Positions 30,325 to 39,902 of a stretch of DNA of 64,000 nucleotides are shown piece after piece (positions within the stretch are counted from its first letter, which is position 1; every line of letters begins with the position of its first letter). The DNA comes from a candidate division FCPU426 bacterium (GTDB lineage Bacteria > Oederibacteriota > Muellerivitia > Muellerivitales > Muellerivitaceae). The notes under the pieces were generated by a model that did no database searches, was not told where the DNA came from, and worked only from the letters and a program-made list of their open reading frames with translations. The position numbers and the translations under genes are program-made. The DNA is taken from contig CAVYSE010000007.1 of the NCBI GenBank assembly GCA_963771075.1, forward strand, positions 1 through 64,000. Direction: 5' to 3'.

Positions 30325-32547
30325 TTGTTGCCGAAACAGATTCATTCGCGCCCAATAGTGGTGGCGAGAAGGGTGAGAGAATTGAACAAATTAACTACAC
30401 TTAAAAACGTGTTGGTTGAGGAGCGGAATGTTTTCCGCATATTTCGTTTGTTACCATTCTTGTTCGGCTGTTTTTTTCTTACTTCGACAGCTTTTTCACA
30501 ACTAGTTGAACCTTATTTTGCTCGTCCCAATAGCTTGGGAATAGGTCCGCGAGCCATGGGAATGGGCGGGGCTTTCGTGGCCATCGCAGATGATGCTTCG
30601 GCGGCATATTGGAATGTTGCGGGTTTATCCCAGTTATCCTCATATGAACTTTCGGTCGCTAGTGCTCCCACATATTTCACTGAACACATCGTCGGCGGCA
30701 ATCAAGCCTTTGGATTCCCCTATTACGAGTCCATGCAATTTTTGATGCCTATCGCCAAAGAAAACACCTTGGGAATTTCCTTTTTTCGCCCATTCCATCC
30801 CCAGATTAATTTTTACTCAGCCGCGACTTCTTTGACACCCTTGCAAAGCGGGGAGGCGAGTTATTTACAGAATCCCACCTTTCAAGAGAGTGAAATTGTC
30901 TTGTCTTATGCGGCTCGTTTTTCAGCGATTCAAAACTTCTCCGTGGGCATCAATGTTAAAAGGATAACGAACGATCCTTATTACATACGCTATTTTGGAA
31001 ACAACCAAGGTGTTTCCCAAAATTTAGCCGGAGCTATTCCAGTAATTGGCTATGGGGTGGATCTTGGCGTCCTTTTTAGAATTCCAATCACGAAATACAC
31101 CGAGGAATTACGCTTAGGGCTAGCTTTAAATAATTTGGTTAGCCAAATTCAATACTCACAAGGAATTACTTTTGACGATTCAGCGACTTCGGGTATTTTA
31201 ATGGGCCAACCCTTGATTGTGAGCGAAGGGGCGGGCTGGGGAGGCCAACTGATTCCGCCCGAAATTATTTTGGGCTTGGCTTATAAGAATAATTTTCTTT
31301 TCAAAATTCGAAATATAACGGATTTGGATTTTGACCAGGTATCGTCCTCAAATTACGATGATTCATCTCTCGCCTTGGCCAATAAATATTTGCGTTTTGG
31401 AACTGAATTTTGGTTTTTCAAGGATATCTTGAGTTTGCGAGCCGGTTATTCAACACCCTTTATCGCCCCTGGAACGATCTCAATGGGGTTAAGTGTTCGT
31501 GTCCTGAACGGCGATTTCCAAACTGATCTGGCATATTTGATGCCGGTGAGTCCGGAACCTGATATCCAGACCGGCTCTGCTGTGGCAACTACCGACCAGG
31601 GGGGGATCAATTATGAACCTTTCCATATTGGACTGACCTATCGATTCGGGGGTGGGGAAGAATTGCCCCCGCCCAAGGTGAGTGCTTATGTTCAGCCTAC
31701 GTCTTTTGTCCCATCTCAGGGTGAGTCGTCTACTTTTTATTTGGACACGACGGAAGATGTCCCTGTTCATCATTGGAGTGTCTTAATTTATGATCAAAAC
31801 AATCATTTAGTGAGGGGCATGAGGGGTCAGGGACCTCCACCCTCGAAGGTGGCCTGGGGTGGGGAAGACGACCTCTATAGGCCTTTACCACCAGGAGTCT
31901 ATACATGGGCTTTCCAAGTTGAGGATAATTTGGATCATATCGGTTCAAGTCCAGTTCAAACGATTGAACTGGTAACCCCGGCTCCAGTCGTTGCAAAGGA
32001 CGCATCAAAACTAATGAGCATTCGCCAACAGGAAAACGCCCTTTTGACCCAGGAAAGAGCCAAATTAACGTCTTTGGCTCAGCAAACCTTAAAAGCTTTA
32101 TTAGGGGAAGGCTCATCTAACACAGCAGCTGCTGCGGTGACTGTGTCAACACCGGTCGAGAGCCAAGGCAATACCCAGTATCCGCAAACGGGGGGGGTAC
32201 CATCTTTGGGGTTCCCCACCTTGACGCCTGATCAGCCTTTGAACGCTCATTTTGACAAAAATGACCAAGGCGATGAAATCGTTGCGGTGAGTTATAAATC
32301 CCAACAAAGTTATGTGCCTTATCTTTATCAAGAAGCCGCAGATGTCATTAAAACAACGGTCAATTCTGTAGGAACTGGTTTAAAAGAAATTTCTACTCGT
32401 GTATATTATGGGAAAAATGAACTGGATTTGGTGACGTCGACTCAAGCCGCCGCCAACTACGCTTCGGGCAAGATAAGCCAATTGCAGCTGATGCAGTTGT
32501 CGGATATCCACATTAACGGTGTGAAGGTGGGGCCGAATGGTTATTAG
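30325..32547 (+). CDS. PorV/PorQ-like outer-membrane beta-barrel fused to an FlgD-Ig-like domain
   Basis: Signal-like hydrophobic stretch, G.GPRAMGMGGAFVAIADDASAAYWN.AGL, SLRAGY; then W.V.IYD....LVR......PP..V.W.G.D......PGVY. Start uncertain. Confidence 0.8.
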   Translation: MLPKQIHSRPIVVARRVRELNKLTTLKNVLVEERNVFRIFRLLPFLFGCFFLTSTAFSQLVEPYFARPNSLGIGPRAMGMGGAFVAIADDASAAYWNVAGLSQLSSYELSVASAPTYFTEHIVGGNQAFGFPYYESMQFLMPIAKENTLGISFFRPFHPQINFYSAATSLTPLQSGEASYLQNPTFQESEIVLSYAARFSAIQNFSVGINVKRITNDPYYIRYFGNNQGVSQNLAGAIPVIGYGVDLGVLFRIPITKYTEELRLGLALNNLVSQIQYSQGITFDDSATSGILMGQPLIVSEGAGWGGQLIPPEIILGLAYKNNFLFKIRNITDLDFDQVSSSNYDDSSLALANKYLRFGTEFWFFKDILSLRAGYSTPFIAPGTISMGLSVRVLNGDFQTDLAYLMPVSPEPDIQTGSAVATTDQGGINYEPFHIGLTYRFGGGEELPPPKVSAYVQPTSFVPSQGESSTFYLDTTEDVPVHHWSVLIYDQNNHLVRGMRGQGPPPSKVAWGGEDDLYRPLPPGVYTWAFQVEDNLDHIGSSPVQTIELVTPAPVVAKDASKLMSIRQQENALLTQERAKLTSLAQQTLKALLGEGSSNTAAAAVTVSTPVESQGNTQYPQTGGVPSLGFPTLTPDQPLNAHFDKNDQGDEIVAVSYKSQQSYVPYLYQEAADVIKTTVNSVGTGLKEISTRVYYGKNELDLVTSTQAAANYASGKISQLQLMQLSDIHINGVKVGPNGY

Positions 32548-34105
32548 GTTTTGCGCATTATTCTTATTATTATTTTCAAGTTTTGTTCGAACGGCTCAAG
32601 CCGGAGCATTTGATAAGGGCGGTATTACAGGGGATGGGGCGAGAGCGGAAGGCATGGGAGGGGCGTTCGCTAGTGTGGCGGATTCCTCGGATGCCGTATA
32701 TTACAATCCTGCCGGTTTGGTTCAGGTTTTGCGCCCGGAAATTTCAGGTTTGGGTTCAGTTCTATTAAACGGGTTAGAAGATCTTTTCGTTTTTACTTAT
32801 GTTCAGCCTTTTGGCGATCAAATGGCCTGGGCCATTTCTACTCAACAGTTGCTTTTCTCCGATGGTAATGAGAACGATCGTATTTATATTGGGAGCTTTG
32901 CAGCGCCTTTGGCGATTGATAAATCCATTTCTTTTGGGATTAATGCTAAATATTATGGCGTAGATTCCCCTTCTCAACCCGATTTTCAGGCAAGCGGTTT
33001 TGGCTTGGATATGGGTTTTCTATACCACCTTCCCATTTATGACCCGCGCTATGGAAAAGAAATTAACATTGGTTTATGCGCGCAAGACTTGGACACGAGT
33101 ATTCAATGGCAAAAGGGTAATACTGACCCTATTGCCCTTTCAGTTAAGGGCGGGTTTAGTTATGAGTTTACGGATGATTTGGAAACTTCCTGGGAATTTG
33201 AAACAATCAACGATCCAACCGTAGGGCAACATACCTTGTTGCATGCAGGCATTGAGGGTTGGTTTTTCTCAGATCAATTGGGGCTTCGGACAGGCTATTC
33301 TGATTTTATGACCGAGTCAGGTCAATTCACCGCAGGTATAAGTTACCGTTCCCGTACCTGGGGGATTGATTACGCCTATATAGGTCATCCCGAGTATTTG
33401 GGGTCTTCTCATCGTATTGAAGCCAGCTGGAGATTTGGCGATTCGTTTTTGGGTAAAGTGAAGAGTTTTATACCCGAGGGTGTAACATCCTACGTGGATG
33501 GGGATATTATTACGCTTCGTTGGATTAATTCTCCTTCCATTTCATTAGCTGGTTACAACGTCTATTTTTCCAAAGTAACGGGGAGTGGTTACGTGAAAAT
33601 CAACCAGAACCCCATTAAGGCCAATTATTATTCCTTGCGGGGATTGGAGAAAAACACCCGATACTATTTCGTTGTAACTTCTTTGACAAATACCATTCCC
33701 CCGGTCGAAAGCCAATATTCCAGGGAGGTTGTTGCGGGGACCACTTCTGCTCCAGGAGCTCCTGTAGTGGTTCAAAGTGAGCTTCAAAACGAAGGAGTTA
33801 TTGACATTGCCCGACAAGCCGGAATGGGTGGGTTCCCTGATCCTAGTAAAAACGGTTTAAGGGGCTATAATATCTACGTTTCTGAGGTCTCGGGAGGTCG
33901 ATTCGATAAGGTGAATGCCCAACCCATTGCGAATGTTCCTACCTACTTGGTCCGGAAATTGAAGGTTGGTCAGCGTTATTTCTTCTCGTTTACCTCGGTT
34001 GGGTCGGATGGGACGGAAAGTGCTAAATCCCGTGAAGTTTCGGCTGTTGCCTTACCTTATACCAGTATTTCGCAACCACTCTCAACGACTTCCACTCCTC
34101 GTTGA
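32537..34105 (+). CDS. PorV/PorQ-like beta-barrel fused to two fibronectin type III domains
   Basis: Signal peptide, GARAEGMGGAFASVADS.DAVYYNPAGL, IDYAY..H..LG.SHRI; two FN3 repeats (GYNVY/GYNIY ... GL..NTRYYFVV, L..GQRYFF). Confidence 0.83.
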   Translation: MVIRFCALFLLLFSSFVRTAQAGAFDKGGITGDGARAEGMGGAFASVADSSDAVYYNPAGLVQVLRPEISGLGSVLLNGLEDLFVFTYVQPFGDQMAWAISTQQLLFSDGNENDRIYIGSFAAPLAIDKSISFGINAKYYGVDSPSQPDFQASGFGLDMGFLYHLPIYDPRYGKEINIGLCAQDLDTSIQWQKGNTDPIALSVKGGFSYEFTDDLETSWEFETINDPTVGQHTLLHAGIEGWFFSDQLGLRTGYSDFMTESGQFTAGISYRSRTWGIDYAYIGHPEYLGSSHRIEASWRFGDSFLGKVKSFIPEGVTSYVDGDIITLRWINSPSISLAGYNVYFSKVTGSGYVKINQNPIKANYYSLRGLEKNTRYYFVVTSLTNTIPPVESQYSREVVAGTTSAPGAPVVVQSELQNEGVIDIARQAGMGGFPDPSKNGLRGYNIYVSEVSGGRFDKVNAQPIANVPTYLVRKLKVGQRYFFSFTSVGSDGTESAKSREVSAVALPYTSISQPLSTTSTPR

Positions 34106-34125
34106 GATGAAAATGGAGATGATCT

Positions 34126-34911
34126 TTGCCTAGTGGCCTTTATATCGCTGCTTCTGGGATGAACTCGGATATTGTCCGTCAAGACGTTATAGCCAATAAT
34201 TTGGCGAACGTAAGCACGGTGGGTTTTAAGCAAAATCGCTCCGTGGATGTGGCTTTCCCTACATACCTAATCGCACGGCTTCATGATCAAAAGCTGAAGG
34301 TTATGGATGGCACTGCTGAACTTCGCCCCTCTATTGGTTTCATGGGTGGAGGTGTTATTCCCCAATCAAATGCAACGGACTACGCTCAAGGAGCACACCT
34401 GGAAACAAAAAGTCCGTTGGATTTCGCCTTGAATGGTCCTGGCTTTTTTGCTGTTCAGGGTGCCAATGGAAAAACTTATTTGACTCGGGATGGAAATTTT
34501 AATTTGGATGCCAATGGTAAAATTGTCACCAAAGAAGGTTTGACCGTCTTGGGGCATAACGGGGAAATTTTTGTAGATGGCAATCAATTGACCTCCGACC
34601 AGGAGGGAAACCTTACGGTGGATGGTAAGGCCTTGGACCAGCTTTTAACCGTGAAAGTCCAAGACGAAAACAACATGACCAAATTCGGCCATTCATTATT
34701 TCAAATCGGCCCTAAAAACAAAGTAGAACTCATGCCGAATGACGTTCAAGTGCAGCAGGGGTTTTTGGAGCAGTCCAACGTGAGTTCGGTCACGGAAATG
34801 GTAAATATGATCGATACCTATCGGTCTTATGAGCTGAATTCCAGGATCATCGCCTCCTATGATCATTTAATGGGCGAGGCTGCCTCGCAAATTGGTTCGC
34901 TTCACGTTTAA
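34126..34911 (+). CDS. flgF: Flagellar basal-body rod protein FlgF
   Basis: DVIANNLANVSTVGFK, LDFAL.GPGFF, TRDGNF, LEQSNV..V.EMV; precedes flgG. Confidence 0.88.
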   Translation: MPSGLYIAASGMNSDIVRQDVIANNLANVSTVGFKQNRSVDVAFPTYLIARLHDQKLKVMDGTAELRPSIGFMGGGVIPQSNATDYAQGAHLETKSPLDFALNGPGFFAVQGANGKTYLTRDGNFNLDANGKIVTKEGLTVLGHNGEIFVDGNQLTSDQEGNLTVDGKALDQLLTVKVQDENNMTKFGHSLFQIGPKNKVELMPNDVQVQQGFLEQSNVSSVTEMVNMIDTYRSYELNSRIIASYDHLMGEAASQIGSLHV

Positions 34912-34932
34912 AAAGGATTTGTAGTGTATTTC

Positions 34933-34984
34933 ACGGCCGGACTGCTATTGCGGAGGCCGTTTTACCGCCGAACGACAGAGGCGG
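34933..34984 (+). promoter_or_regulatory. Putative structured RNA element in the flgG 5' leader (two hairpins)
   Basis: ACGGCC-GGA-CTGC-TATT-GCGG-A-GGCCGT followed by CCGCC-GAACGACAGA-GGCGG. Same first-hairpin architecture at 46983. Confidence 0.6.
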
Positions 34985-35027
34985 AGGTGTTCTGGCTTCG
35001 CATAGTTAGAAATTAAGGAGGGCTTCC

Positions 35028-35825
35028 ATGATGCAGTCACTTTACACGGCCGCGACAGGCATGGCCGCGCAGCAGCTGAATCTTGATACCATTTCGAACA
35101 ACTTGGCCAACGTCAGCACCACGGGGTTCAAGAAGCAAAGGGTTGATTTTCAGGATCTCCTTTATATCAACCTAAAAACTGCAGGCACTCCGACCTCGCC
35201 CGAGACGAATACCCCCGCTGGTTTGCAAGTCGGAGAGGGCGTACAACCCATCGCAACCCAACGTATCTTTACCGAGGGTTCGGTCCAAAACACCAACAAC
35301 CCCCTTGATATCCTGATTCAGGGAAATGAAAGTTTCTTCCAGGTCACATTGCCTAATGGGGAAACGGCCTATACCCGGGATGGTTCATTTACCCAGGATG
35401 GCAACGGTAATATCGTAACAGCCAATGGATATTTCCTCGATCCGCCCATTCAGCTTCCGGCGGATACGGCTTCAATTCAAATCACGGCCACGGGTCAAAT
35501 CATGGTCCAAACGGGTAATTCCACGACCGCAACTCAGATCGGTCAATTGGAATTAACCCGCTTCGTTAATCCCACGGGATTAACCGCGATTGGGAACAAT
35601 TTGTATTTGGCCACTCCCGCTTCTGGCGAACCTATCCAAGGAACCCCAGGCTCCACTGGTTTTTCCAATGTCCAGCAAGGCTCCCTGGAACAGTCCAACG
35701 TGGATGTTACCGAGGAAATGGTAAATATGATCGTGGCCCAGAGGGCTTACGAGTTAAATTCAAAGGCGGTTTCTACGTCCGATTCAATGCTTTATGATAT
35801 CTCCACCATGAAGCAATTCCCCTGA
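35028..35825 (+). CDS. flgG: Flagellar distal rod protein FlgG
   Basis: SLYTAATGMAAQQ, FQDLLY, GLQVGEG, EEMVNMIVAQRAYELNSK. Confidence 0.97.
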   Translation: MMQSLYTAATGMAAQQLNLDTISNNLANVSTTGFKKQRVDFQDLLYINLKTAGTPTSPETNTPAGLQVGEGVQPIATQRIFTEGSVQNTNNPLDILIQGNESFFQVTLPNGETAYTRDGSFTQDGNGNIVTANGYFLDPPIQLPADTASIQITATGQIMVQTGNSTTATQIGQLELTRFVNPTGLTAIGNNLYLATPASGEPIQGTPGSTGFSNVQQGSLEQSNVDVTEEMVNMIVAQRAYELNSKAVSTSDSMLYDISTMKQFP

Positions 35826-35840
35826 TGACGAATTAGCGGA

Positions 35841-36818
35841 ATGCGAGGAACTACTTTATCGCTTTTCTTCGTTTTGGGGTTTTACGTCCAAACGCTGTGG
35901 GCTTTGGAAAAACCTTTTACCGTGCGGTTGTTGGATCAGGCGACGGTTGCGGGACCTGATATCACCTTGGGGGATGTGGCCCAACTGGCAGGAGATGAGA
36001 AACCTTTTTTGGATCGCTTGGGCCACATGGTTTTGGAGCAAGCGGCTCCGGTGGGGAGTTCGGTGGTTTTGAATCGTTCTGCGGTCAATTCGGCATTAAG
36101 CCGGGAAGGTTATTCGACGGGTGCTGTGGTTTGGGAGGGAAGTGATGCCTGTCGGGTTTTAACCCAAGTCCAGGATGTATCACCAGACCAGTTATTGGAA
36201 TCGGCAAAATTATTTATCCGGGTCCAAACTGGGGAAGATGCGAAAAATCTGGACATCAAGCTCTTGAGTCCGACCAAAAACATCAAGATGCCCGCGGGAA
36301 AACTGGAAATCCATTTTCGCCCCTCCCTTATCGGCCAATATGAGGGGGTGCAGATATTGACGGCTGAATGTTCGACGGATGGCCATGCCGGCCGGGTTAT
36401 TCCGGTAAGGTTGAACACACAGATCTTTCGGTTGGTGGTGGTGACGAAAAAAGAGGTTCGAAAAGGGGAAAAATTTACTAATGCTAATATTGGGTTTGAT
36501 CGACTACCCAGCGATAAGGTTTCCAAGGGAACGTTACAAAAGCTGGAGGATGTCTTGGGCCGGTCGGCCGGTATGGATCTCAAGGCTGGAACACCGGTCC
36601 GGTTTAGTGAAATCAACGATCCACCGATGATCCATCGGGGTGAAGTGGTTCAAGGGCTGGTGATAACGGGGAACGTCGAGATTTCGGTTTCCGTGAGGGC
36701 CCAAACGGATGGTAGGGCTGGGGAAGAAATTGTGGTTGAGAATACGGACACTCACAAGGTTTTGAGGGCGAAGGTTCTGGATGAAAATAAGGTTCAGATC
36801 GATCAAAAGAAACCTTAG
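35841..36818 (+). CDS. flgA: Flagellar P-ring formation chaperone FlgA
   Basis: ITLGDVA N-domain, SAF domain, DG..GE.I.VEN..THKVL.A.V. Confidence 0.92.
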   Translation: MRGTTLSLFFVLGFYVQTLWALEKPFTVRLLDQATVAGPDITLGDVAQLAGDEKPFLDRLGHMVLEQAAPVGSSVVLNRSAVNSALSREGYSTGAVVWEGSDACRVLTQVQDVSPDQLLESAKLFIRVQTGEDAKNLDIKLLSPTKNIKMPAGKLEIHFRPSLIGQYEGVQILTAECSTDGHAGRVIPVRLNTQIFRLVVVTKKEVRKGEKFTNANIGFDRLPSDKVSKGTLQKLEDVLGRSAGMDLKAGTPVRFSEINDPPMIHRGEVVQGLVITGNVEISVSVRAQTDGRAGEEIVVENTDTHKVLRAKVLDENKVQIDQKKP

Positions 36819-36821
36819 CCG

Positions 36822-37457
36822 ATGGGGGTTGGCATGACAAAAAAAATATTTTTCCTAATCGCCCTTTGGGCAACCGGATGGGGTTTCTGGCCTCACGGTG
36901 CCTATGGGGATTCCATTTATCCGTTGGAAGGGGCCGGCTCCATTTATACCGAAAAAAGAGCTCACCGGGTGGGCGATGTCATTACGGTACTCATCCAGGA
37001 AGACACCCAGGCCAGCCAGGGTGCCAGCAGCCAGAATCAAAAAACAGCAAGTATTGCCTTGGGCGCTGGCACGGGCAATTTGGGCGCCGGTGGATATGGC
37101 TCCAGCCTCTTGAATACCAATAACCAAATTGGCGTGGGTGCCAGTTCCAACCATCAAGGCCAGGGCTCCACCAGCCGGGGGACGACCATTACGGGCCAGA
37201 TGACTGCCAAGATCATGTCCGTTCTTCCTAATGGAAATTTCCAAATCGAGGGAACCCGCTATGTCGAGGTGAATGAGGAAAAACAAACTGTTGAGGTGGT
37301 GGGCGAGATCCGGCCTGACGACATTTCCCGGGATAATACCGTTCCCTCCTCGCGGGTGGCTGACGCCAAGATCAAAATTACGGGGACGGGACCGGCTTCT
37401 GAAACGGCCAAACCCGGTATACTCACACGCGTTTTTAGCTGGCTGGGGCTTTTCTGA
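36822..37457 (+). CDS. flgH: Flagellar L-ring protein FlgH (no lipobox Cys)
   Basis: RA..VGDVITVLI.E, VLPNGN..IEG, GEIRPDDI..DNTV.SSRVADA.I. Confidence 0.95.
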   Translation: MGVGMTKKIFFLIALWATGWGFWPHGAYGDSIYPLEGAGSIYTEKRAHRVGDVITVLIQEDTQASQGASSQNQKTASIALGAGTGNLGAGGYGSSLLNTNNQIGVGASSNHQGQGSTSRGTTITGQMTAKIMSVLPNGNFQIEGTRYVEVNEEKQTVEVVGEIRPDDISRDNTVPSSRVADAKIKITGTGPASETAKPGILTRVFSWLGLF

Positions 37458-37471
37458 GGGGAAGGGAAAAA

Positions 37472-38593
37472 ATGAAAAATAGCGAATCTCCTTTTTTAAA
37501 ATGGGTCATTCTTTCTATGGTTTTCCTGGCCGTTTGGCCGGCTTGGGGTGCCCAGGTGCGCTTAAAGACAATCGCCCAAATCAAGGGGGTGAGAGAAAAC
37601 CAGCTGATCGGATACGGTCTGGTGGTCGGTCTCCAACGCTCGGGTGACACCCAAAGGGTTGTCTCCACCCTTCAAAGTATTACCAATATGCTTTTGCAGT
37701 TCGGGATCAAAATTAATTCGGACCAGATCCGTACACAAAACGTGGCAGCGGTCATGGTAACCGCCCAGTTGCCCGCCCTAGTCAAATCGGGAGATAAGAT
37801 CGACGTGGTTGTTTCCTCGGTTGGCGACGCGCGTAGCCTTCAAGGCGGCAATCTTTTGATGACTCCCCTCCAAGGGCCGGATGGACAGGTTTATGCGGTA
37901 GCCCAGGGTCCTCTTGCGGTCGGCGGGTATTCGGACAATACAGGTGAGTTTCCTCTCATCCAGGTGGATGCTACGACGACCGGGCGTGTACCCAACGGGG
38001 CCATGGTCGAGCGGGAAGTGCCTTCCTCCTTCATCGACAACAACACGGTTTCCATTTTATTGAATAGCCCGGATTTCAGCCAAGCTTCCCTTGTGGCCCA
38101 GGCACTGAACCAGCAATTCGGCGAACCGGTTGCCCGGGCCGTTGACGGCGCCCAGGTGGACGTGAAATTGCCTCCCAATTACCAGGACAACGTGGTGGAT
38201 TTCGTCGCGGCGGTAGAAGAAACACAGGTACAGACCGATTCCGCGGCCAGCCGGGTCGTCGTGAACGAGCGGACCGGAACGGTGGTCTTGGGCCAGGATG
38301 TTCGCATTGACGCGGTGGCCATTGCCCACGGCAATTTGCGGTTGGTGGTCAAAAAGACGACCGAAATTTCCCATGACGCCGTTTTTGGGCATGATGAGCT
38401 GACTCACACCACGACCGTTTCGGCCGAGGACACCGGCAAACAGGGGAACCTGGTGGTGGTGCCCGAGGGCGCCACCTTGTTGGACATCGTCACCGCGGTC
38501 AACGCAGTGGGCGCAACCCCGAGGGATCTCATCTCGATTCTTCAAGCCATCAAAGAATCCGGCGCGCTTCACGCCGACCTGACGATCCTCTAG
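37472..38593 (+). CDS. flgI: Flagellar P-ring protein FlgI
   Basis: GVRENQLIGYGLVVGL, NVAAVMVTA, SLQGG.LLMTPL, LISILQAIK.SGAL.A. Confidence 0.97.
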   Translation: MKNSESPFLKWVILSMVFLAVWPAWGAQVRLKTIAQIKGVRENQLIGYGLVVGLQRSGDTQRVVSTLQSITNMLLQFGIKINSDQIRTQNVAAVMVTAQLPALVKSGDKIDVVVSSVGDARSLQGGNLLMTPLQGPDGQVYAVAQGPLAVGGYSDNTGEFPLIQVDATTTGRVPNGAMVEREVPSSFIDNNTVSILLNSPDFSQASLVAQALNQQFGEPVARAVDGAQVDVKLPPNYQDNVVDFVAAVEETQVQTDSAASRVVVNERTGTVVLGQDVRIDAVAIAHGNLRLVVKKTTEISHDAVFGHDELTHTTTVSAEDTGKQGNLVVVPEGATLLDIVTAVNAVGATPRDLISILQAIKESGALHADLTIL

Positions 38594-38607
38594 GTCCGGA
38601 GGTTCCT

Positions 38608-39069
38608 TTGACCCCTTATGTGACGGCAGTCACCAATTTTCTTCCCTCCCCCCAATCCATTATGGGAACGGGCAGCGAGCCACTATCCACCAGCTCCCAA
38701 TTGGCGGCCCAGACCCTCTTGTCCAATTCCTATTTGTCCCACGCACCCGCCTTTTCAAAACAGGGACAGTTAGATCCATTACGCCCGGTATTCGACTTGA
38801 ATTCCGCCCATGTCCACACGGACGCTCAAATGAAGAAAGTCGCTCAGGATTTCGAGGCGATATTTCTGCGAATGATGCTAAAGGAAATGCGTGATTCCGT
38901 CGAGAAATCGGGACTCATGGGAAACTCCCAGGCCACCGACTTGTTTCAATCGATGCAGGACGAACAAATGGCCAACAAGCTGGCTGGCGCCGGCGGTATC
39001 GGCCTCGGGTCCATGGTTTATCAGCAACTTCAGAAAGATTATTCCGCCCAGCAAAAAACCACCAAGTAA
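38608..39069 (+). CDS. flgJ: FlgJ-like rod-binding protein (no muramidase domain)
   Basis: VAQDFEAIFL.MMLKEMR and GGIGL..MVY.QL. Confidence 0.9.
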   Translation: MTPYVTAVTNFLPSPQSIMGTGSEPLSTSSQLAAQTLLSNSYLSHAPAFSKQGQLDPLRPVFDLNSAHVHTDAQMKKVAQDFEAIFLRMMLKEMRDSVEKSGLMGNSQATDLFQSMQDEQMANKLAGAGGIGLGSMVYQQLQKDYSAQQKTTK

Positions 39070-39498
39070 ATGAATTGGGCCAACTGCTCCCGTTGCGGCC
39101 AGGCCTACACCCATGTCGAGGGAGGAAGGGATATTTGTCCCGCCTGCGTCCGGGTCGAAGATGACCATTACGGCCTTGTTTTTAGGTACCTATCCACCCG
39201 TCCTTCCGCCACCGCCCAGGAAATAGCCCAGGAAACCGGGGTGGATATCAAGGAAATCTACCGTTACGTCCGCGAAAACCGCCTTCAACTGATCAAGAAC
39301 GATACGGGCTTATTTTGCGAATCATGTGGTATCCCCATTTCCCAAGGAAAAATGTGCGAAAAATGCTTTCAAAAGCTTTCCGCCGATATTCAAAATGACC
39401 TATTGAAAACCAGGGAAAACCTAAAAAAATACCATAAAACCGACGTAGGAAAATTCGTCAAAGACCCTAAATATCTTAAAAAATATAGGGGCGAATAA
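39070..39498 (+). CDS. Flagellar operon protein of TIGR03826/YvyF type (Zn-finger)
   Basis: NCSRCG..., ICPAC, I..YVRENRL, CESCG.PI..G.MCEKC; upstream of flgM. Confidence 0.85.
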   Translation: MNWANCSRCGQAYTHVEGGRDICPACVRVEDDHYGLVFRYLSTRPSATAQEIAQETGVDIKEIYRYVRENRLQLIKNDTGLFCESCGIPISQGKMCEKCFQKLSADIQNDLLKTRENLKKYHKTDVGKFVKDPKYLKKYRGE

Positions 39499-39557
39499 AA
39501 GTTGCTCTTTTAAAGGCTTTTGCCCGCCAAAGATTCCCTCGAAAACCCACTTTTTAC

Positions 39558-39584
39558 TCAAGTTTTTCCTTTGGGACCCGTTAG
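39558..39584 (+). promoter_or_regulatory. Putative sigma28 promoter of flgM-flgN-flgK-fliK
   Basis: TCAAG-N14-CCCGTTAG; same pattern and spacing at 46006 and 49615. Confidence 0.7.
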
Positions 39585-39612
39585 GTTCTCTAGAAAACCG
39601 AAGGAGTTTCTC

Positions 39613-39900
39613 ATGAAAATCGAAGGATTTCAAAATATCCCGGCCATTCTTCAGTCGTTCCAGAAGTCGGCCCAGCCCGCGCCCAAATCCGAAACGGAAG
39701 CGGGGTCAAGTTCGGTATCGCTCAGTTCTTTCGGAGAGGTACTCCAATCCTTACAGCGTCAGTCGGCGCAAATCGCGCAAGGCCGCGCGGGGAAAGTGGA
39801 TCAGCTGGCTCAACAGGTCCAGTCCGGTCAATACCAGGTTGATCTCAACAAGCTCGCCTCCAAGATCGTCGAAGCCAACATCATCGATTTCAAGGGATAA
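39613..39900 (+). CDS. flgM: Anti-sigma28 factor FlgM
   Basis: AAGGAG RBS, MKI start, SVSLSS, R..KV..L...V.SG.YQVD..KLA.KI. Confidence 0.9.
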   Translation: MKIEGFQNIPAILQSFQKSAQPAPKSETEAGSSSVSLSSFGEVLQSLQRQSAQIAQGRAGKVDQLAQQVQSGQYQVDLNKLASKIVEANIIDFKG

Positions 39901-39902
39901 CC

